Below are positions 57,047-64,000 of a stretch of 64,000 nucleotides of DNA, one piece after another. Positions within the stretch are counted from its first letter, which is position 1; every line of letters starts with the position of its first letter. The notes below the pieces were generated by a model that was not told where the DNA came from, searched no databases, and saw nothing but the letters and a program-made list of their open reading frames with translations. The position numbers were made by a program, and so were the translations under genes. The DNA is from an uncultured Candidatus Rokubacteria bacterium (GTDB lineage Bacteria > Methylomirabilota > Methylomirabilia > Rokubacteriales > DASRDR01), in NCBI GenBank assembly GCA_963708025.1, contig CAVPSB010000014.1:416001-480000 (forward strand), given 5' to 3'.

Positions 57047-57775
57047 GTGGCCCTGCTCGAGGTGCGCGGCGTCACGAAGCGGTTCGGCGGCCTGGCGGCG
57101 GTGTCCGGGCTGAGCTTCGACGTGGGGGATGGCGAGCTTCTCGGGATCATCGGGCCCAACGGGGCGGGGAAGACGACGCTGTTCCATCTCATCACCGGCT
57201 TCCACCGGCCGACCGCCGGCGAGATCCGCTTCGAGGGCCGGCCGATCACCGGCCTCCGCCCCTACGCCGTGTGTCGGCTCGGCATCGCCCGCACCTTCCA
57301 GATCGTCCAGCCGTTTCCCGGGCTCACGGTCCTCGCCAACGCGATGGTCGGGGCATTCAGCCGAACCCGGGAGCCGGCGGCGGCGGCGGCGGCGGCCCGC
57401 GAACTGCTCGGCGTGGTGGGGCTCACGGCCAAGGCCGGCCACGAGGCCCGGACCCTCACGCTCTCGGAGCGGAAGCGGCTCGAGGTGGCCCGCGCGCTGG
57501 CGACCCGGCCGCGGGTGCTGCTCCTCGACGAGGTGATGGCGGGGCTCACGGCGGCGGAGGTGTCCTCGATGATGGAGCTGTGTCGCCGGCTCCGGGGCGA
57601 GGGGCTCACGATCCTGGTGATCGAGCACGTGCTGCGGGCGGTCATGGCGCTCTCCGACCGCCTGGTCGTGCTGGACCACGGCGAGAAGATCGCCGAGGGG
57701 CCGCCGGACGCGGTGGCACAGGATCCCCGGGTGATCGAGGCATACCTCGGCACCGCGCGGCCCGAGAGCGCGTGA
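57047..57775 (+). CDS. livG: BCAA ABC ATPase LivG
   Basis: KRFGGL, GPNGAGKTT, ARTFQ, LLDEV, EAYLG. Confidence 0.93.
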   Translation: MALLEVRGVTKRFGGLAAVSGLSFDVGDGELLGIIGPNGAGKTTLFHLITGFHRPTAGEIRFEGRPITGLRPYAVCRLGIARTFQIVQPFPGLTVLANAMVGAFSRTREPAAAAAAARELLGVVGLTAKAGHEARTLTLSERKRLEVARALATRPRVLLLDEVMAGLTAAEVSSMMELCRRLRGEGLTILVIEHVLRAVMALSDRLVVLDHGEKIAEGPPDAVAQDPRVIEAYLGTARPESA

Positions 57776-58581
57776 ACGAATCGGCTTCGTCCGAAGCCCC
57801 CCTCCCCCCAGCCAAAGGCCGAAGGCCGTCGATCAACCGGGGAGGGGGGTTGGGGGGTAGGAGGGAGGTCCCGAATATCCTCGCCATCGAGGATCTCCGG
57901 GCCGGGTACGGCGACGTGGTGGTGCTGCGGGGCGCGTCGCTGGTGGTGGGGCCGCGCGAGATCGTCGCCCTGGTCGGCGCCAACGGCGCTGGCAAGACCA
58001 CGACGCTCCGGGCGGTCTCCGGCCTCGTCCGCCCCAGTGGTGGCGCGATCCGCTTCGAGGGGGAGCGCATCGAGACGCTGTCCCCGCACGAGATCGTGGG
58101 CCGCGGCCTCCTCCAGGTGCCCGAGGGCCGCAAGATCTTCCCGTCGCTGACGGTCGAGGAGAACCTGGACCTCGGCGCCTATGCGCGCGCGGCCAAGGCC
58201 GGGCGGGCCCAGACGCGGGCCCGGGTGTTCGATCTGTTTCCGATCCTGGCCGAGCGGCGACGGCAGGCCGCAGGAACGCTCTCAGGCGGCGAGCAGCAGA
58301 TGCTGGCGATCGGCCGGAGCCTGATGGGCGGGCCGCGCCTGCTCATGCTCGACGAGCCCTCCCTCGGCCTGGCCCCTCAGGTGGTCGATCGGATCTTCGA
58401 CGTCGTCCGGGCGATCAACGCCGACGGCGTCCCGATCCTGCTCGTCGAGCAGAACGTCCAGCGCTCGCTGGCGATCGCCGATCGAGCCTATGTGCTCGAG
58501 CAGGGGATCGTCGCCCTGTCGGGACCGGGCCGGGAGCTGCTCGAGCGGGACGAGGTCCGCAAAGCCTATCTCGGACTGTGA
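57772..58581 (+). CDS. livF: BCAA ABC ATPase LivF with repeat-derived N-terminal extension
   Basis: GTGA overlap with livG; GANGAGKTT, VPEGR, LSGGEQQM, DEPSLGLAP. Confidence 0.92.
   Translation: MNESASSEAPLPPAKGRRPSINRGGGLGGRREVPNILAIEDLRAGYGDVVVLRGASLVVGPREIVALVGANGAGKTTTLRAVSGLVRPSGGAIRFEGERIETLSPHEIVGRGLLQVPEGRKIFPSLTVEENLDLGAYARAAKAGRAQTRARVFDLFPILAERRRQAAGTLSGGEQQMLAIGRSLMGGPRLLMLDEPSLGLAPQVVDRIFDVVRAINADGVPILLVEQNVQRSLAIADRAYVLEQGIVALSGPGRELLERDEVRKAYLGL
57779..57875 (+). repeat. Family A element, copy 9 (in frame in livF)
   Basis: AATCGG...CCCCCCTCCCCCCAGCCAAAGGCCGAAGGCC...GGGAGGTCCCGAA. Confidence 0.85.
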
Positions 58582-58649
58582 GAGCGAGTGCGACTCAACC
58601 AGCTCGTCCGACATTTCTCCTCTGACGTTCACCGACCTTCGACAGCCTC

Positions 58650-58722
58650 CGACTCCCTCCGACTCCCCCTCCCCCCAGTGGGTGGGGGAGGGGGGTGGGG
58701 GGGGGAGGTGGGAGGTCTCAAA
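58650..58722 (+). repeat. Family A element, copy 10 (degenerate)
   Basis: CCCCCTCCCCCCAGTGGGTGGGGGAGGGGGG...GGGAGGTCTCAAA. Confidence 0.7.
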
Positions 58723-58731
58723 GGAGCGATC

Positions 58732-59601
58732 ATGCGACCGACCACGCGCCTCCGCCAGCTCCTGGCTCGCCCTCGGCTCCTCCTCGCCCCCGGCGCCTCT
58801 GACCCGCTCTCGGCCCGGGTCGTCGAGGAAGCCGGCTTCGAGGCGGTCTACGTGACCGGCTCCGGCGTCTCCGTCGGACACCTGGGGCTCCCCGACATCG
58901 GGCTGGCCACGATGACGGAGATGGTCGACCAGATCCGGCGGATCGCGGGCGCCGTGGCGATCCCGGTGGTCGCCGACGCCGACACCGGTTATGGCAACGC
59001 GCTGAACGTGCAGCGGACCGTGCGCGAGTACGAGGCGGCCGGGGTGGCTGGGCTCCACCTCGAGGACCAGGAGTTCCCGAAGCGCTGCGGCCACCTGGAG
59101 GGCAAGCGGGTCATCCCGGTGGAGACCATGGTGGCCCGGATCCGCGCCGCCTGCGAGGCTCGCCGCGACGACGATCTGGTCGTCATCGCGCGGACCGACG
59201 CCCGTGCGGTCCTCGGCCTGGACGCGGCGCTCCGCCGGGCCGAGGCGTACCGCGCGGCCGGGGCCGACGTGCTCTTCGTCGAGGCGCCGGTCGGGGAGGC
59301 GGAGGTCGAGGCGGTGGCGCGGGCGCTGGCCGGCGTGCCGCTCTTGATCAACCTGGGGGGCGGCGGCAAGACGCCCATGCTGCCGGCCGGTCGCCTGGAG
59401 GCGCTCGGGTTCCGCCTCGCGATTTACCCGGGGGACCTCCAGAAGGCCGCGATCCGCGCCATGCGGGAGGTGGCGCAGGCGCTCCGCCGCGACGGGACGA
59501 CCGCCGCGCTGGCCGATCGCATGGTTTCCTTCGAGGAGCGCTTCGAGCTGGTCGGGTTGAGCCGTTACCGCGAGGTCGAGGAGCGCTATCGGGAGCCCTG
59601 A
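58732..59601 (+). CDS. Isocitrate lyase / PEP mutase family (PrpB-like)
   Basis: GLPDIG, ADADTGYG, EDQEFPKRCGH, ARTDA. Confidence 0.92.
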   Translation: MRPTTRLRQLLARPRLLLAPGASDPLSARVVEEAGFEAVYVTGSGVSVGHLGLPDIGLATMTEMVDQIRRIAGAVAIPVVADADTGYGNALNVQRTVREYEAAGVAGLHLEDQEFPKRCGHLEGKRVIPVETMVARIRAACEARRDDDLVVIARTDARAVLGLDAALRRAEAYRAAGADVLFVEAPVGEAEVEAVARALAGVPLLINLGGGGKTPMLPAGRLEALGFRLAIYPGDLQKAAIRAMREVAQALRRDGTTAALADRMVSFEERFELVGLSRYREVEERYREP

Positions 59602-59656
59602 TGCCTCGCGCGGAGTGCCGCCGGCGGCGGCCCGTAACCCCGCTGGGAGAAATCGG

Positions 59657-59684
59657 TTGCCGACCCTTCCGGGCGTTCTATAAT
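59657..59684 (+). promoter_or_regulatory. Sigma70-type promoter for the moxR operon
   Basis: TTGCCG-16 nt-TATAAT. Confidence 0.55.
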
Positions 59685-59728
59685 GGAACGACGAGATCCG
59701 ATCAAGTGCCCGGAACAGGAGGCGCGAG

Positions 59729-60740
59729 ATGACCGAGGAGCGGGTAGAGACCTTCGTTCGCGGCTACGAGCGGCTGAAGAGCGAGGTCCAGAAGGTCATC
59801 GTCGGGCACGAGGAGATCGTCGACCAGGTCCTGGTGTGTCTGTTCGCCGGGGGCCACGTCCTCCTCGAGGGCGTGCCCGGGCTGGGCAAGACCCTGCTGG
59901 TGCGAACCCTCGCCGGGTGCCTGGATCTCTCCTTCTCGCGGATCCAGTTCACGCCGGACCTGATGCCGGCCGACATCATCGGCACCAACATCATCGTCGA
60001 GAACACCGAGGGCCGGCGCCACTTCCAGTTCCAGCGGGGGCCCGATCTTCGCCCACATCGTCCTCGCCGACGAGATCAACCGCGCGACGCCCAAGACGCA
60101 GTCGGCGCTGCTGGAGGCGATGCAGGAGGGGAACGTCACCGTGGCCGGGGTCGGTCACCGGCTTCCGGCGCCCTTCTTCGTCCTGGCCACCCAGAACCCG
60201 ATCGAGATGGAAGGCACCTACCCGCTGCCGGAGGCCCAGCTCGACCGCTTCATCTTCAAGCTGAAGGTCCGCTATCCGGCGCTGGAAGAGCTGAACGAGA
60301 TCATCGACCGGACGACGCGGGTCCACGAGCCGGTGATCGAGCCGGTACTGACGGGGGACGAGGTGCTGTCCTTTCGGGAGCTGGTCCGGGAGGTGCCGAT
60401 CGCCACCCACGTGCGCAACTTCGCGTCGATGGCGGTGATGGCGACCCATCCCCAGTGGGAGGCGGCCCCGGAGATCACGCGTCGCTACCTCCGCTACGGC
60501 GCCAGCCCGCGGGCGGCGCAGGCCCTCGTTCTCGGCGGTAAGGTGCTTGCCCTGCGCTCGGGACGGTTCAACGTCTCCATCGAGGACCTGAAGGCGATCG
60601 CCTTGCCCGCGATGCGGCACCGGATCATCATGAACTTCGAGGGCGAGGCGGAGGGGATCGACGCGGATCGTCTGATCACGGAGGTCCTGGAGGCGGCGGA
60701 GGCGGCGACGCGCGAGGGCAAGGAGGTGTTCCTCCGCTAA
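59729..60740 (+). pseudogene. moxR: MoxR-family AAA+ ATPase with a +1 frameshift near 60041-60043
   Basis: GHVLLEGVPGLGKT, RIQFTPDLMPAD; GGGGGCCCGATC has one extra base relative to GPIF; then ADEINR, ATQNPIEMEGTYPLPEAQLDRF. Confidence 0.9.
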
Positions 60741-60772
60741 TCCCGGGTCGGGCAGCTCATCGAGGAGGCCCA

Positions 60773-62233
60773 ATGGAACAGGACGCGGCGCTCCAGCTCA
60801 CGGTCCAGCGGCTCAGCCGACTGATTCGGCAACGGCGTGCCGTGTTCTACGGCCTCCGGGGGCTCGCGTTCGGCCTGGTGCTGGCGGTTCTCCCGGTGCT
60901 GATCCGGTCGGTCCTGGGTCCCATCGCCTTGCCCGTGGCCGGGGGCGTCGTCCTGGTCGGCGTGCTGGCCGGGCTGGGCTACGGCCTGCTCCTGCGAGTG
61001 CCGGCCGCCGACGTCGCCCGTCTCGCCGACCGGACGTACGGGCTGCACGATCGGCTGGCCACCGCGCTGGAGCTGGTCCGATCGCGGGACCCGAATCCCC
61101 TGGCGGCCTTCGTCATCCGCGACGCGCGCGACCGGGTCGCCGGGCTGGACCTGCGCCGGGCGGTGCCCTGGCGGTGGCCGCGGGAAGCGCGCTTCATCCC
61201 CATCCCGGTGCTCGTCCTGGCCGGCCTTCCCTACCTCCCGCCACTCCCCCTTCCGGAGGAGTTCATGCCGCCGCTGCAGCGGGCGGAGGAAAAGGAGGCG
61301 AAGGAGGAGAAGAGCGGCGCCCCCCAGGCCGCCGAGCGCCCGGTCAGCAAGAAGACCGAGCAGGCTCAGCGCGTCGAGATGCAGGAGCGGGAGTACCAGC
61401 AGCGGCCGAATCCGGCGGCGGAGCCGGCCAAGGGGGATCTGGCCGCGGTGTACAAGGACACCAGCGTGTCCCAGAAGCGCCCGGACTTCTCGAGCTTCCT
61501 CAAGCAGGGCGACGAGCGGCTCCGGATGCTGGAGCGCACGGACAGCCTCCCCGACCTCCAGCGCGACTTCACCCAGACCCCGTACAAGGTCATGTTCCGC
61601 AAGCAGCGGAGCCTGCTGTCGGGGATGGACCCCAGCAAGCTCTCGAAGGAGCGCATGCGGGAGCTGCTCGACGAGATGAACCGCATGGGTCGCCGCGGGC
61701 AGCCGGGCGGCGAAGGCGACTTCGGCCAGGAGCTCATGGAGGGCTCGGAGGCGCTCGAGCAGGGGCAGATGGGCCGGGCCCTGGACGCCATGGAGCGCGC
61801 GCTGAACAAGATGCGGGCCATGGAGGACCGGGAGCGCGGCGGGAAGGGCCTGGAGGGCGGCAGGGACCGCGGGAACCAGGGCCGCGACGGCCGGGGTGGC
61901 CAGGGCGGCGGCGAGAACGACCCGGACTTCGGCGAGGGCATGGGGTCGATGCCCGGCAAGGGCCAGAACCCGAACTGGCGGGGCGACCCCAGCGGGCGCC
62001 TGGGTCAGAGCCCCATCGACATGGGCGTGGAAGGGCAGTCGCGCAAGGGACGGAAGGAATCGTACGATACGAACATGATGGGCCGGGGGGCCCAGAATCC
62101 CTCCCGCCTGCCGTACATGCGCGTCTATTCGCAGTACCGGAAGATGATGGAGGACGCGCTCGCCAAGGAAAACATCCCGCTCGATTACCGCACCCAGGTG
62201 AAGGACTACTTCCAGTCGCTCGAGGAGCGGTGA
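60773..62233 (+). CDS. Membrane-anchored coiled-coil protein with Gly/Gln-rich tail (MoxR-associated)
   Basis: N-terminal TMs, ADRTYGLHDRLATALE, C-terminal IPLDYRTQVKDYF. Confidence 0.82.
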   Translation: MEQDAALQLTVQRLSRLIRQRRAVFYGLRGLAFGLVLAVLPVLIRSVLGPIALPVAGGVVLVGVLAGLGYGLLLRVPAADVARLADRTYGLHDRLATALELVRSRDPNPLAAFVIRDARDRVAGLDLRRAVPWRWPREARFIPIPVLVLAGLPYLPPLPLPEEFMPPLQRAEEKEAKEEKSGAPQAAERPVSKKTEQAQRVEMQEREYQQRPNPAAEPAKGDLAAVYKDTSVSQKRPDFSSFLKQGDERLRMLERTDSLPDLQRDFTQTPYKVMFRKQRSLLSGMDPSKLSKERMRELLDEMNRMGRRGQPGGEGDFGQELMEGSEALEQGQMGRALDAMERALNKMRAMEDRERGGKGLEGGRDRGNQGRDGRGGQGGGENDPDFGEGMGSMPGKGQNPNWRGDPSGRLGQSPIDMGVEGQSRKGRKESYDTNMMGRGAQNPSRLPYMRVYSQYRKMMEDALAKENIPLDYRTQVKDYFQSLEER

Positions 62234-63168
62234 TGCGACGGTCCGCCGACGCGTCGGGCAGCGGGGGCCCGTCGGGCGCGACCGCTCCCGGCGCGGTGCG
62301 GTTCTTCTCGAGCGCCTTCCTCCTCCAGCTCGAGCGGCTGTCGTTCATCTCCCGGCGGACCCACGTCGGTCGCGTCAAGGGCGAGCGGAAGAGCCCGCGC
62401 CGGGGCTCCAGCGTCGAGTTCGCCGACTACCGGCCGTACGAGGTCGGGGACGACCTCCGCTACGTGGACTGGAACGCTTTCGGCCGGCTCAATCGGCTCT
62501 ACCTGAAGGTGTTCATGGACGAAGAGGACCTCTGTGTCCACCTCATCCTGGACGGCAGCGCCTCGATGGACGTCGGGACGCCCGCCAAGTTCCGTTACGG
62601 CGTCCGGCTGGCGGCGGCGCTGGCGTTCGTGGGCTTCACGAACCTGGAGCGGGTCGGGGTGGCGGTCTTCCGGGATCGGGTTTCGGAGGGCTGGCTGCCG
62701 ACTCGAGGCCGGAACCAGTTCCTGCCGGTGTCCGAGTTCCTGGGCGGGCTGGTGCCGGCCGGACCCACGCGCTTCAACGACGCGCTGGCCCAGTACGCCC
62801 TCCGGGCCAAGGACGCGGGAGTGGCGATCGTCGTTTCCGACTTCCTGGATCCCGCGGGCTACCAGAGCGGGCTCCGCGCGCTGATGGAACGGCGCTTCGA
62901 CATCCACGTCATTCACGTGCTGGCCCCGGAGGAGCTCGAGCCTCCTTTCGGCGGTGATCTCGAGCTGGTCGACGCGGAGTCCGGCGAGGTGCGCGAGGTC
63001 TCGGTGGACGCCGAGACGCTGAGGACGTACCAGCGGCAGCTGGCGGCCTTCCTGGCGGGGGTCGAGGGGTTCTGTCGCGCGAACGAGATCAACTATGTGC
63101 GGGTGTCGACGGACACGGGGCTGGAAGACCTGCTCCTCCGCCGACTCAAGGGGACGCTCCTGCAGTGA
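62233..63168 (+). CDS. DUF58 domain protein
   Basis: GSSVEFADYRPYEVGDDLRYVDWN, LDGSASM, VSDF. Confidence 0.93.
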   Translation: MRRSADASGSGGPSGATAPGAVRFFSSAFLLQLERLSFISRRTHVGRVKGERKSPRRGSSVEFADYRPYEVGDDLRYVDWNAFGRLNRLYLKVFMDEEDLCVHLILDGSASMDVGTPAKFRYGVRLAAALAFVGFTNLERVGVAVFRDRVSEGWLPTRGRNQFLPVSEFLGGLVPAGPTRFNDALAQYALRAKDAGVAIVVSDFLDPAGYQSGLRALMERRFDIHVIHVLAPEELEPPFGGDLELVDAESGEVREVSVDAETLRTYQRQLAAFLAGVEGFCRANEINYVRVSTDTGLEDLLLRRLKGTLLQ

Positions 63169-64000
63169 CCTTCTTATCGCCGCTCGCGTTCCTGCTGCTC
63201 GGCCTGTCCGTTCCCCTGCTGCTGCTCTACTTCCTGAAGGTCCGCCGCCAGCAGCGACGGGTCTCCGCCGTGTTCCTGTGGGCGCCCGCGCACCGCGATC
63301 AGCAGGCCTCGGCCCTGTTCCAGCGGCTCCAGCTCGATCCGCTCCTGCTCCTGCAGATCCTCGCGCTGATCCTGCTCTCGCTGGCCCTGGCTCGGCCGAC
63401 GATCACGCTGCAGGGGAAGGGGACCGACCGGCTGGTGCTGGTGATGGACGTCTCCGCCTCGATGAAGGCCACCGATGTGCTGCCGACCCGCTTCGCCGAA
63501 GCCCAGCGGGCGGCGCTCTCGCTCATCGCCGAGGCCGGACGGGGCGCCGAGGTCATGGTCGTCGAGGCGGGGACCCACCCCGTCATCCGGGTCCCCTTCA
63601 CCCGCGACGTCGAGCGCGCGCGCCGGGCCGTCTACGAGATGCAGGCCCGTGACCTGCCCAACCACCTGAGCGAGGCGGTCCGCACGGCGCTGACCATGGT
63701 GCCCCCGCTCGACCGGCGAGTCCGGATCCAGGTGGTGACCGACGGGGCGTTCGACCCGGCGCAGGTCCGCGAGTTCCCCGATCCCCGCGTCCGCTGGGTC
63801 AGTGTCGGCTCGGGCGGGCGGAACGTCGGGATCACGCAGTTCGCGCTGCGGAAGAGCTACTACGGGATCTACGACCACCAGGCCTTCCTGTCGGTCGCCA
63901 ACTTCTCCGCCGAGCGGCTGACGTTCCCGCTGGTGGTGTCCATCGACGGCAAGACGGTCAGCGAGCAGACGATCGGCCTCGACCCGCAGGTCAAGCGGAA
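63165..64000 (+). CDS. BatA N-terminal + VWA domain protein (3'-truncated by window edge)
   Basis: GTG overlaps the DUF58 stop; FLSPLAFLLLGLSVPLLLLYFLK, LALARP, MIDAS DVSASM, VTDG; not in the ORF track because no stop occurs in the window. Confidence 0.88.
   Translation, partial: MTFLSPLAFLLLGLSVPLLLLYFLKVRRQQRRVSAVFLWAPAHRDQQASALFQRLQLDPLLLLQILALILLSLALARPTITLQGKGTDRLVLVMDVSASMKATDVLPTRFAEAQRAALSLIAEAGRGAEVMVVEAGTHPVIRVPFTRDVERARRAVYEMQARDLPNHLSEAVRTALTMVPPLDRRVRIQVVTDGAFDPAQVREFPDPRVRWVSVGSGGRNVGITQFALRKSYYGIYDHQAFLSVANFSAERLTFPLVVSIDGKTVSEQTIGLDPQVKR

Noticed and set aside
60036-60046. Programmed ribosomal frameshifting in moxR or kynU
   Set aside because: No canonical slippery heptamer or stimulator is seen, I know no precedent in these families, and other indels suggest sequence error
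1-64000. tRNA, rRNA, riboswitch, integrase, transposase or prophage
   Set aside because: No recognisable cloverleaf, rRNA, aptamer consensus or mobility-protein motifs were seen by eye; a covariance-model search could still find small RNAs

Overview
High-GC (roughly 70%) bacterial chromosomal segment. The gene content (many LIV/peptide/sugar ABC binding proteins, CUAEP-tail radical SAM, MoxR-DUF58-VWA locus) suggests a soil lineage such as Rokubacteria/Methylomirabilota, but that is inference only. It carries about 58 CDS, mostly catabolic and transport genes plus moaA, kynU, thrB, dcd and ccdA. No rRNA, tRNA, CRISPR array, integrase or transposase was seen. Main observations: (1) A dense set of modular palindromic non-autonomous repeats (about 18 copies, 5 families; four of them share C-GNA-G mini-hairpins) sits at gene junctions. 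One family ends in GGAGGTCCCGAA and either supplies a Shine-Dalgarno to an in-frame CTG start (three genes) or is read in frame as a new N-terminal peptide (two genes). A related 117-bp element lies in frame inside an acyl-CoA ligase. (2) An orphan Pup (C-terminal GGE) lies in a dcd-pup-zinc-ribbon unit with no proteasome or pupylation genes in the window. (3) A radical SAM selenoprotein has an in-frame UGA (CUAEP tail) with a SECIS-like hairpin that the ORF track missed. (4) A MesD-like core methionine synthase has no adjacent mesX. (5) A histidine kinase lacks its phospho-His. (6) Single-base frameshifts in kynU, moxR and probably a BamE-like gene may be assembly errors.
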